A stretch of 36,647 nucleotides of DNA from a virus: positions 172,796 to 209,442 of IMG/VR virus record IMGVR_UViG_3300034196_000067, one strand, 5' to 3'. The notes beneath the pieces were generated by a model that saw nothing but the letters and a program-made list of their open reading frames with translations, did no database searches and was not told the DNA's origin. The translations under genes and the position numbers were made by a program. Below, one piece after another: positions 25,791-33,997 of this stretch. Each line of letters begins with the position of its first letter. Position 1 is the stretch's first letter.

Positions 25791-25827
25791 GGCCGCGCTC
25801 CCGGGGGGAAGAAGCGCGGCCTTCTTG
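25791..25827 (+). terminator. intrinsic terminator GGCCGCGCT-loop-AGCGCGGCC + TTCTTG
   Basis: Seen directly. Confidence 0.55.
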
Positions 25828-25854
25828 TCGCCCTCCTGCCTCGTGGGGGGAGGG

Positions 25855-26571
25855 CTACGCTCCGATGGCTGCTTGAGCGGATGAGCCCGTGACCAGCGCG
25901 AGCTGAGCGACAGCGATGGGGACCACTCGCTCAGGCTGGAGTGCCACCTGCTCTTGCACCACACACCCCTGCGCGTCTGTCGCGATGGAGTGGGAGGGGA
26001 TGTACGTCTCCTCCAAGTAGAAGGCGCAGAGCGTGGTCTCGTTCGAGTCCTTCATGTAGACGAGAAGACCACACGGTTGCGAGAAGAGGTCCGACGCCAG
26101 GTTCAGGTAGATGTTCTCGAAGCCCGGCGGAATCTTCACGTCGTGTTGGTTGGCGACGCTCGCCATGATGTTCGGATCCACCCCGAACGTCGGAACGAGG
26201 GTGGGGGCCGGATCCTGGTAGAAGGCGTACATCACCCGGAGGATCGAGGGGCCGTTGTAGAGCACCCGTCCGAAGCCGGCCTGAGCGACGGTGCGCCCGG
26301 CGATGAAGTAGCTCCGCTCGCTCCCGAGCTCCCAGAAACGAGCGAAGGCCTTGTTGTGTGCGAGGTTGAAGTTCTGGACGATGCCGATGGGCAACGCCCA
26401 GTTCTGCTTGCCGACGGACGCCGCGGCTGCTGCTGATCCTCCCACGGCGGCGAGCCGGGGCGGACCAGCGGCGAGCATGGTGAAGACGCCCGAGGCGAAA
26501 CGGCCCTCTCCCAGGGCCGACGAGTTGTCGACTTTCTGGGAGTAGGGCTGCCAGTTCGTGATGGAGGACAT
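25855..26571 (-). CDS. structural protein (238 aa), candidate tail tube protein
   Basis: Second gene downstream of the sheath. The segment WALPIGIVQNFNL...FARFWELGSERSYFIAGRT loosely recalls, from memory, the T4 gp19 tube (ALPAGIVEKIPV...). Assignment is tentative. Confidence 0.5.
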   Translation of the reverse strand: MSSITNWQPYSQKVDNSSALGEGRFASGVFTMLAAGPPRLAAVGGSAAAAASVGKQNWALPIGIVQNFNLAHNKAFARFWELGSERSYFIAGRTVAQAGFGRVLYNGPSILRVMYAFYQDPAPTLVPTFGVDPNIMASVANQHDVKIPPGFENIYLNLASDLFSQPCGLLVYMKDSNETTLCAFYLEETYIPSHSIATDAQGCVVQEQVALQPERVVPIAVAQLALVTGSSAQAAIGA

Positions 26572-26611
26572 GAGCCGCTCCTTGAGTGAGGGTTGACGTC
26601 AACGCCTGTTG

Positions 26612-27253
26612 TTAGGCGTTGGCGAAGACCTCGAAGTCCTTCGAGCCATCGGCGAGGTTGCTCGCGGACGGAGTGAAGGCACTGTAGGTGAGGTCGATGG
26701 TGGAGACGTCCTGCACGCCTGCCACGAAGACCTGAACGTTGTCGCTCTGGAGCTTGACGGTCCCGCAGGCCAGCTTGTCGCCTGTGCCGAGAGAGACGAC
26801 GTTGGTGGCGTGAGTGTCGGTGCCGCTACCAGTGTAGCTCATGCGCGTGACGGTCTTGAAGATCTTCGTCCCGTACACGGCATTGCCCACACTGGCGACG
26901 ATGGTATCGCTGGCCGCCTTACCGAACTGATCGGTGCCTTCGACCAGGACATCGCCGCCATCCCAGTCCGCGCCGAAGGTGCAGGAGACATTCCGAGCGA
27001 ACGTGGGGTTGGTGGAAACCGTCACGCGCACCTTGGTGTCCGGGGCGACCGGAGCAGCGTCACCGAAGACGTTGGCATGAAGCACCGTGGCATTCTTCGC
27101 AGGCACGTCAGTGAGGGTGATCCTCACAGGAGAGCCCTTCACGTCTTCGGAGCCAGCTCCGTAAACGACGCCCTGGGCAGTGTAATCGCCCCTCCTCGCC
27201 AGGTTGGTGAGGAAGGTCCGAGCTCGATTCGAGAGGGAAGTGGGGACTGCCAT
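26612..27253 (-). CDS. structural protein (213 aa) immediately downstream of sheath (tube-position; tube or tube-associated)
   Basis: SD AAGGAG 8 nt upstream on the minus strand. Beta-rich composition. Confidence 0.6.
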   Translation of the reverse strand: MAVPTSLSNRARTFLTNLARRGDYTAQGVVYGAGSEDVKGSPVRITLTDVPAKNATVLHANVFGDAAPVAPDTKVRVTVSTNPTFARNVSCTFGADWDGGDVLVEGTDQFGKAASDTIVASVGNAVYGTKIFKTVTRMSYTGSGTDTHATNVVSLGTGDKLACGTVKLQSDNVQVFVAGVQDVSTIDLTYSAFTPSASNLADGSKDFEVFANA

Positions 27254-27282
27254 GACTGTTTCTCCTTACAAGTAGATCGGGT

Positions 27283-30200
27283 TCAGACCACGAGCGTGAG
27301 GCGGATGTAGTTGCAGGGGTACGGGACGTCGAGGGTCACGTCGATCATCACGGTGTCCGGGTTCTCCGGGTCCTGGATGATGTTGTTGAGCTGCGCTCCG
27401 TTGAGGATGCCATTGTCCTTCAGGAACTCCAGCATGCCGGTGATGGTCGTCCCGATGGTGTCGAGGAAGACTGAGGTGATGTTCTGCCGGCCGATGAAGC
27501 GACGGATACCTGCCCGAAGGAACTTGGCGACGAAGTCGACGTCCTTCGTGATCGAGAGCTCTCGCGTCTCGATGGTCGATGTGTCGGTGGAGAGCTGGTG
27601 CCGGCAGAATACCGGTCCGCCCTGCACCTCCTGCATGAGGATGAAGGCACCTCCACCCGCCATCTGATCGAGCTGCTTCTTGGTGAACTTCTCCGTCCCC
27701 ACCACCCCGGTGAGGCCGGTCATGGGGTAGTTGGTGAGTCCCTGCTGCGGAGGCAGGCCAGCGATCATGCCTGCCACGACCGCACAGGCGTAGTAGCCGG
27801 GGACTTCCTTCTCCAGACCCGCGACGGTGGTCTTCACCGTATCGGGGAAGAAGGAGTAGGCCCGCCGGTTCGCGATGCCAGAGTTCAGCGTCGCGACGGT
27901 AGAGGCGACGAGGGAGTAGTCCGGTTTGGCGGGGGAAGAGCCTGCGATCATCAGGCTCGCGCCGCGCACATTCATGCTCCAAGCCGCATCGAGGATGTCG
28001 GTTGGAAGGGCTACGACCTCGTAGAAGTAGTCGTCGTTCTCTCCGGCCGCGAAGGTGGTACGGAGATTCACGAGGCCGCCGGTCACCGAGGAGATTGAGT
28101 AACGGTAGAAGACGCCGTTCCAGTTGAACTCGATGTAGACGCCATTCGCCACGGTGAAGGGCAGTGACGGATTGATTCCGGCATCGACGAGACCAGCTTG
28201 AGGCGTGACGTCGACGAGGAGCTGGTCGGCAGTGGCAGTCGAGTTCGCAGAGACGCCACTCACGACCGCCCTTGGGGCGCGGGTAGTGGGCTGCGTCTTG
28301 TTGAAGAGGACGATTCGCTCGCCCATCTCCTCGGGCTGGCTCATCAGCGTGACGTGGGTGTTGAAGAGCTGATGCACCACATCATTCTGGGTGAGCAGTG
28401 CGATGGTGTAGACCTCTTCCGACTCCAAGAAGTCGGCTGCTCTGGCGTAGGCGAGCTCGGTTCCTTCCGGAGCGGAGCCAGAGATCTCGTCGACCCCGAG
28501 GGCACCGACCACGAATCCTGGGCAGTTGAGAAGAGCCAGGTAGGTACCGAAGGCGAGAGGGTTGGCGTCCGTCACCGGGTCCATCACCGAGGTGAGGGTG
28601 CTGGTGTCTTGGAGATGGACGACTCCCGCGACTGCCGCGGACGCCGAGACATCGCGACGAAGTCCCTTGAACTGGATGTAGAGAGATGCCGGGCTGGTGG
28701 CGAAGTCGAGGGGGTAGCCAGTGACTGGATCGCGGACGAGATCCGGACCGATCACCAGGTTGCTGCTCACATCGACGTAGGCGTCAGGATTCGGACGCCC
28801 TGTTCCGGCTGTCGCGGTCTGCGCTGCCGTGAAGCCGAGAGCCGTGAGAGCGGTTCCGTCGACGATGTAGACCAGAGATCCCGCGCCAGCAAGGGTGCTG
28901 GTGAGGACGAGGTTCGTCCCCGCTCCGTTCTTCGAAGCGACTGTGCCACCGACGAGCTGGTTGACGGTGTCGACGGCGATGTCGAGCGAGGTATCGGTGA
29001 AGCCCACATCGTAGACGTGAGCGCCTCGGTCTAGAGAGAATCGGAGGTTCTCTCCAGTGAGCCCAGAGAACGAAGCGTCGGTTCCGGTACCGCTGGTGTC
29101 CGCGCTGGTGGAGTAGCCGAGGACCGTGGCCGCGGAGCTCGTCGCCTTGAAGGTGATGCTCTGAAGCCTTCCCGTCTTGGCGGTGGCAAGCTTCAGCTTG
29201 CCGGAATCGACAGAGGCAACGACGCCCGTGATGCTGACGGCCGCAGCCATTCCGGCGACGGTGGTGACGGGGGTGGAGCTTGTGAAGGTGAACGTTCCGA
29301 CTGTCGCGACTCCATCCACCGTGAGGATGTAATCGATCCGGAGACCGGCGAGAGCCACGCCTCCGGACGGATCCGGGACGGCCCCGCCTTCGACCGAGGC
29401 GGCCACTGCTGCGGAAGCCGCAGCCGATCCCGTGACGGTGGACTTGGTTGCCGAAACGGTGGGCGAGAGCCCCGTTGCCTTGAACCACACGTACTGCGGC
29501 GCGAAGGGGGCAGCGTCGATGGGAAGACCGAGAAGAGCGTCGTCGTAGGTCTTCGAGAGGTAGCGGCCTTCCGTGTCAGCGGTAGAGAGGGCAGCGTCGA
29601 TGGTGCCCATCCGGAAGCGAGTCGGATCGACGCGAGAGATCTCACCGCTCTTGAGCCGCGTGCCGTCGGCCCAGATCTGATCCCCTGCCAGGATCGGGAT
29701 GCCGTTGGTGCCGAAGGTGATGGCGGCAGAGCGTGCATGCGTCAGCGCGCCTGTGGCGACGTTGATCATGCCGGCATGAGAGGCCCAGGCCGAGTCTGCC
29801 GAAGAGACCCCACCCACGCTGTAGTCGCCACGGAAGAACTCGATCCAGGCGCTCTGTGTGGTGTTGTTCTGGAGGTTGTATGCACGGTAGCCGGCGCCGC
29901 ACACCCTCTCTTCGGTTCCGACAGAGCCGACGGAGTTCCAGCCGATGCCGAGAAGAGCATTCGCCGTCCCACCCGCGCGCACCGTGATTGAGGAGAGCGC
30001 CCCGTAGCTCGGAGAGGAGAGACGGACGCCTGTGACGGAATCCCCCGACACAGTGACCGAAGCGATCGCCATCCCAAAGGCGTTGTTGATGACGGTGACG
30101 ATGTCGGCCGGCGCGTAAGGAGACGAGCCCGGAAACGGGATGGTCACGTCTTGCGTGGTGTTGGCCGTAGTCGGCTGGTCGATGGCGAGAACGAGGTTCT

Positions 30201-30600
30201 GCCCACCGATGGAGAAGCTGGTTCCGACGATGTCGAGGACCGCCTTGGACGCCACATGGCTTGCGACCAGGAAGCCTTCTCCAGGATTCATCAGGAGCTC
30301 AGCGAGCCGACCTCCTGTGTAGAGGAAGGGACGGATCGAAGCCGTCTGGATGTCGACCTCGTCGATGTTGCCTCGCGGGTTCGGGAAAGACGAATGGGTG
30401 ATCGTCTTTCCGAGCTGCGCGTAAGCACCGTACTTCGCCTTCGAGTTGATGGTTCCATCGGAGGTGAGGACGTTGATGACCTCGAAGGCCGCACCGACGA
30501 TGACCGGCGCGAGCGTCGGCGTGAGGAACGTCGGCGACGTCTTGCGCGCGGTCTGAATGACATCGACGCCTGGCCGGGCGATCTCAGCAGTGGCGGCCAT
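27283..30600 (-). CDS. contractile tail sheath protein, unusually large (1105 aa) with inserted surface domains
   Basis: N-terminus ARPGVDVIQTARKTSPTFLTPTLAPVIVGAAFEV fits the sheath N-terminal pattern (PGVyv.E.....s.t.vA.vG.a). C-terminus ...GGGAFILMQEVQGGPVFCRHQLSTD...SITKDVDFVAKFLRAGIRRFIGRQN...VMIDVTLDVPYPCNYIRLTLVV fits the sheath C-terminal domain. The central ~600 aa contain three related beta-sandwich-like segments. SD AAAGGAG precedes the ATG. Confidence 0.85.
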   Translation of the reverse strand: MAATAEIARPGVDVIQTARKTSPTFLTPTLAPVIVGAAFEVINVLTSDGTINSKAKYGAYAQLGKTITHSSFPNPRGNIDEVDIQTASIRPFLYTGGRLAELLMNPGEGFLVASHVASKAVLDIVGTSFSIGGQNLVLAIDQPTTANTTQDVTIPFPGSSPYAPADIVTVINNAFGMAIASVTVSGDSVTGVRLSSPSYGALSSITVRAGGTANALLGIGWNSVGSVGTEERVCGAGYRAYNLQNNTTQSAWIEFFRGDYSVGGVSSADSAWASHAGMINVATGALTHARSAAITFGTNGIPILAGDQIWADGTRLKSGEISRVDPTRFRMGTIDAALSTADTEGRYLSKTYDDALLGLPIDAAPFAPQYVWFKATGLSPTVSATKSTVTGSAAASAAVAASVEGGAVPDPSGGVALAGLRIDYILTVDGVATVGTFTFTSSTPVTTVAGMAAAVSITGVVASVDSGKLKLATAKTGRLQSITFKATSSAATVLGYSTSADTSGTGTDASFSGLTGENLRFSLDRGAHVYDVGFTDTSLDIAVDTVNQLVGGTVASKNGAGTNLVLTSTLAGAGSLVYIVDGTALTALGFTAAQTATAGTGRPNPDAYVDVSSNLVIGPDLVRDPVTGYPLDFATSPASLYIQFKGLRRDVSASAAVAGVVHLQDTSTLTSVMDPVTDANPLAFGTYLALLNCPGFVVGALGVDEISGSAPEGTELAYARAADFLESEEVYTIALLTQNDVVHQLFNTHVTLMSQPEEMGERIVLFNKTQPTTRAPRAVVSGVSANSTATADQLLVDVTPQAGLVDAGINPSLPFTVANGVYIEFNWNGVFYRYSISSVTGGLVNLRTTFAAGENDDYFYEVVALPTDILDAAWSMNVRGASLMIAGSSPAKPDYSLVASTVATLNSGIANRRAYSFFPDTVKTTVAGLEKEVPGYYACAVVAGMIAGLPPQQGLTNYPMTGLTGVVGTEKFTKKQLDQMAGGGAFILMQEVQGGPVFCRHQLSTDTSTIETRELSITKDVDFVAKFLRAGIRRFIGRQNITSVFLDTIGTTITGMLEFLKDNGILNGAQLNNIIQDPENPDTVMIDVTLDVPYPCNYIRLTLVV

Positions 30601-30612
30601 CTTCTGCTCCTT

Positions 30613-31374
30613 TCACTTCCGAAGCTTGCGGGGTCTCGGCACGAGAGTCGCGACCCGTTGAGTGAGCGAAATCACTTTTGTGTCCTTCAGAACTCGTCCA
30701 CCGATCGCCGGTTCTCGTAGAGCGGGTTGCTCTGCCGGCGTCGTGCCGTTGACCTCAGAAGTTAGTATCAGGTCGAGCTCTTTGAGAAGAAGTTTGTCTA
30801 CGGGCGAGATGCGATATGAATCCTGAAAGAAGAATGGGACTGTGACCGAGACAAGAGAAAAGTCCTTCCCAGAGTCAGGAAGAAGCGATCCTGCGTCTGT
30901 TTCCGCGCTGTAAGAGATGTCTTCTCCGACTCGGTGCATGCCTGCTCGAAGAAGATTCCTCTTGAGCGTTCGGGTCGCATACCCAGCGATCCAGGCAATG
31001 CGTTGTGCCTCCAACCCCTCACGAGCGAGACAGTTGTAGACCATGGTCGCAGCGACCAGGTCGGTGTGGGACTTGGCCCCCGTCTCGAAGTCGTAGTCCT
31101 TGAACTGATCCATCGAGATGTTGGACCAAGCAGCAGGCCCTCTCATGCAGACAATGGCGGGACGCTTCTCCAAGACATCAGCTCTCAACACCCCTTGATC
31201 ACTGACGAGGATGTCAGAGTTCTCTTGGTCCGGCTCCCACTTGTACGAGCCCTTGTCGAACGTGGAGAAGACGAGCTGAAGAAAGCGAACGAAGACCTTG
31301 GTGAAGTGGAGAAGGGGGTCTTCTCCAACTCCTTGTGGCTGCGGGGGCCCGTTGCTGTTCTTCAGCTCACTCAT
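30613..31374 (-). CDS. hypothetical structural protein (~253 aa) immediately upstream of sheath (position of a tail completion / sheath-stabiliser protein)
   Basis: ATG at 31374 (MSELKNS...) overlaps the upstream ORF stop as ATGAGTGA. The track start at 31434 lies inside the upstream ORF. The role is positional inference only. Confidence 0.6.
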   Translation of the reverse strand: MSELKNSNGPPQPQGVGEDPLLHFTKVFVRFLQLVFSTFDKGSYKWEPDQENSDILVSDQGVLRADVLEKRPAIVCMRGPAAWSNISMDQFKDYDFETGAKSHTDLVAATMVYNCLAREGLEAQRIAWIAGYATRTLKRNLLRAGMHRVGEDISYSAETDAGSLLPDSGKDFSLVSVTVPFFFQDSYRISPVDKLLLKELDLILTSEVNGTTPAEQPALREPAIGGRVLKDTKVISLTQRVATLVPRPRKLRK

Positions 31375-31747
31375 CAGACTCGACCATCTTCTGCTGACGG
31401 GTATTCGCGTAGTTCTGAGCGGCCATGAGCCCAACCATGGAGACGCCGAGAAGGGGGTAAAGCACTCGCTGTTTGAAAGCGGGGCTCATCTGCGGGTACT
31501 TGCTCTTGAGAGCGGTAGAGAGGCCCTTGTCAATGAGGGCCGCCGCTCCATGACCTGCTGCATACCCAAGGGCGTAGGTGGCACCCGACTTGAGGGCCTT
31601 CTTCCAGCGGGGGTTCTTCTTGATCGCATCTTCCGCGATCTTCTCGACCTCATCGAGACAAGAAGCGTTTCGCAGCTCGTTGCGCTGGTCAGCGAAGCGT
31701 GCCTTGTGGGTGGCCGAAAAACGACAGGATGTCCTTGTAGTCGGCAT
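31367..31747 (-). CDS. coupled ORF of uncertain start (>=105 aa open frame lacking ATG after the upstream stop)
   Basis: The frame is open from 31915 to 31367. The only ATGs lie inside the upstream 305-aa gene (31747, 31813). After 31689 there are ~100 codons without ATG/GTG/TTG. The C-terminal part (…GATYALGYAAGHGAAALIDKG…LLGVSMVGLMAAQNY) looks protein-like. Confidence 0.3.
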   Translation of the reverse strand: MPTTRTSCRFSATHKARFADQRNELRNASCLDEVEKIAEDAIKKNPRWKKALKSGATYALGYAAGHGAAALIDKGLSTALKSKYPQMSPAFKQRVLYPLLGVSMVGLMAAQNYANTRQQKMVESDE

Positions 31748-32606
31748 CGGGAGAGTCGATGTTCTGGGCGTTGCGGAAGTTCCTCTCGGAAGCAGGGACC
31801 AGTCCCTGAGCATCGATGTTGAGGGGAATGGAGTACTCGATGTCGCTTCTCGGGACCTCATGGAGCTGAAGCTCTTGATGAACGACAGCTCTAAGTCTCT
31901 GGGTTGGCACAACATTCACTACTCGCCAACGCCTATTCTCTGACTCGATGAGTATGTCCCGGGGGGAGACGGGTGGGAAGGATGAACACCGTGCGGCGGT
32001 GTTTGATGGCTGGGTCTCCCCCATGGCTTGAAGAGCCACCTGCTTCGGGTTGGGGTCGAATTGGATGAAGATCTCGACGGGAGAGAGGTAACCCCCAAGC
32101 CATCCTGTCCCAAAGCATGGGAGATGGTTGGACCGAGCGATGCGGTTCAGCGTGGCGTCGTAGCAAGAGCAACGAGGACCGAACGTGCGCGCTGGGAACA
32201 ACCAACTACGACGCCCGACGAACTCCCGGAAGAGTTGGTCTTCTTCCCGAATGATGGCGGAAGCGAGGATGTCTGGTGCCGCTTCTGAGGAGGCGGTGGG
32301 GCCCACCTCGGCTGTCTCATTCGTGCGCCGATCTACGATCCGAAGCTTGTAGAAGAACTGGCGCCACTTGTGGAGCGCGGGAACGCGATTGTCTCGGAAG
32401 CGATACAGGTCGCGGAAAGGCCCACCCATGACAGCATACGGCCCCATCGCTGCCTCAGAGCGCAGGACGAAGAAGTCGTAGTTGTAGATCTCGTGGCTCT
32501 TCAGATCCGAGTCTGTAGACGGACCCCTCACCGTCGAGATTTCCCAGAAGACGTCCAGGAAGTCGATGGAGAAGGAGCGTACCCAGAGCTTCGTGACTGT
32601 GAGCAC
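31689..32606 (-). CDS. hypothetical structural protein (305 aa), neck-protein position, GTG start
   Basis: GTG directly abuts the TAA of the upstream fibre gene (TAAGTG). Sequence contains CSCYD...LPCFGTGWLGGY. Confidence 0.6.
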   Translation of the reverse strand: MLTVTKLWVRSFSIDFLDVFWEISTVRGPSTDSDLKSHEIYNYDFFVLRSEAAMGPYAVMGGPFRDLYRFRDNRVPALHKWRQFFYKLRIVDRRTNETAEVGPTASSEAAPDILASAIIREEDQLFREFVGRRSWLFPARTFGPRCSCYDATLNRIARSNHLPCFGTGWLGGYLSPVEIFIQFDPNPKQVALQAMGETQPSNTAARCSSFPPVSPRDILIESENRRWRVVNVVPTQRLRAVVHQELQLHEVPRSDIEYSIPLNIDAQGLVPASERNFRNAQNIDSPDADYKDILSFFGHPQGTLR

Positions 32607-33977
32607 TTACGGATCCTTGAGCTTCGAGAACTGCTGGAGGTTGCTGGTGTTGGGGATGTAGGAGCCGGTGATGGAGTAGACCGCGATCGGGTTCGTCTTG
32701 TTGATGGCGTCGTTGCGCGTCGGGTAGATGCGGATCTTGCCGCTGATGAGGTTGTTTCGAGCGTCGAAGTCCGTGTCCTCGATCTGGACGTTCTCCCCAC
32801 AGAGCCCAAGAACCTTCGTCAGGTTATCCTTCACGGAGCTGAGCCAGACGTTGAAGTCCGAAGGGATGAGATCCGTCTTGGCCTTGATGTCTGTCAGGGT
32901 TCCGGACGCCGTACCAAGGCTACCAAGACCTGAAGCAACGGAGTCGAGAGCAGCTTTAGTAGAATGGAGGTCGTCTCCAGTCCCGAACCCCACCCCTTCG
33001 ATGGAGTCGAGCTTTCCTGAGATAGCAGCGAGGTCGGTGGCAGGTGTTCCCTTGACCCCAGCAATGGCAGTCGTGATCACTTCCTGAGAGGTGGTGATCG
33101 CCCCTTCGATACCCGACTCCGCAGTTCCGAGGGCGTCTGTGACTACCGTCTGCGAAGAACCGATCTGGGAGAAGACCTCTGAGAGATCCTTGCTGGAAGC
33201 GCCTTTGAGGCTTGCGACTGCTCCTGAGACGTCTCCAGAGCTCGCAGGTGCGGCGGGGATGAGGTCCGTCTGAGCCTTGATGTCCGCGGCCAGTGTAGAG
33301 GTGTTTGAGTTGATGCTCGTCACGGCACTCGTGACATCCCCTGTCGTAGCCGGAGCCGCAGGAAGGTTGTCTGTCTTCGCCTTTACCGCGAGCACATCCG
33401 TGTCTACTTGGGTGAGGTCTTTGGAAGACGCTCCCATGATAGCGGCCTGTGCCGAAGTCACGTCTGCTTGAGCCGCAGGCGTTGCGGGAAGATTGTCTGT
33501 CTGGGACTTGACTGCGAGAACGTCGGTATCGACCTGAGAGAGGTCCTTGCTTGACGCACCCTTGATGCTGGTGACGGCGCTTGTCACATCACTCTGGGAA
33601 GCAGGGGTAGCAGGCAAGTTGTCGGTCTTGGTTTTGACTGCCAAGACGTCGGTGTCGACTTGAGACAGGTCCTTGTTCGAGGCGCCTTTGACTCCTGTCA
33701 CTGCGGCATCGATGTAACCAGTGTTGAAGAGCTGGTCCTGGTCCTTGAGAGTGGCGCCGAGAGACACTCCTCCGGCAGAGACGCGGAAGATGACGTTGTG
33801 AACACCTGTCGGAGCAGCCGACCAGTCGTAGTCGAAGTAGTACCACCCGTCCCCGCTCGTGACCTCCGTAATGGTCGGAGGCGTAGAGAGGTCAGCCAAG
33901 GTATCGAGCCGCTTCCAGATGCTGAAGGCCGGAGTGAGGCCGGTCTTCCCTGCACCGAAATCAAGACCGTATCGCAT
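32607..33977 (-). CDS. repeat-containing fibre/whisker-like protein (456 aa) with four ~38-aa 'SIKGASSKDLSQVDTDVLAVK-x-KTDNLPATPA' repeats
   Basis: SD GAGAGG. Tandem protein repeats correspond to ~114-bp DNA repeats at ~33240-33700. Paralogue of 19322-20959. Confidence 0.8.
   Translation of the reverse strand: MRYGLDFGAGKTGLTPAFSIWKRLDTLADLSTPPTITEVTSGDGWYYFDYDWSAAPTGVHNVIFRVSAGGVSLGATLKDQDQLFNTGYIDAAVTGVKGASNKDLSQVDTDVLAVKTKTDNLPATPASQSDVTSAVTSIKGASSKDLSQVDTDVLAVKSQTDNLPATPAAQADVTSAQAAIMGASSKDLTQVDTDVLAVKAKTDNLPAAPATTGDVTSAVTSINSNTSTLAADIKAQTDLIPAAPASSGDVSGAVASLKGASSKDLSEVFSQIGSSQTVVTDALGTAESGIEGAITTSQEVITTAIAGVKGTPATDLAAISGKLDSIEGVGFGTGDDLHSTKAALDSVASGLGSLGTASGTLTDIKAKTDLIPSDFNVWLSSVKDNLTKVLGLCGENVQIEDTDFDARNNLISGKIRIYPTRNDAINKTNPIAVYSITGSYIPNTSNLQQFSKLKDP
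33240..33700 (-). repeat. 4 x ~114-bp imperfect tandem coding repeats
   Basis: Seen directly, e.g. ggaaggttgtctgtcttcgcct / gggaagattgtctgtctgggact / ggcaagttgtcggtcttggtttt units. Confidence 0.6.
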
Positions 33978-33997
33978 GTGTTACCTCTCCGACGTTT

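Noticed and set aside
26609-27310. plus-strand ORFs inside the structural module (26609-27310, 28198-29034, 25954-26436, 30151-30720, 32370-32933) and alternative minus frames (24831-25592, 25931-26602, 27266-27982, 28784-29488, 29193-29738)
   Set aside because: They are Arg/Gly/Asp/His-rich frames overlapping genes with recognisable sheath, tube and fibre features. These are GC-driven open frames.
31689-31760. programmed -1 frameshift joining the 305-aa gene to the downstream ATG-less ORF
   Set aside because: The frame relationship would need a +1 shift and no slippery heptamer was seen. It is kept only as an open question in the findings.
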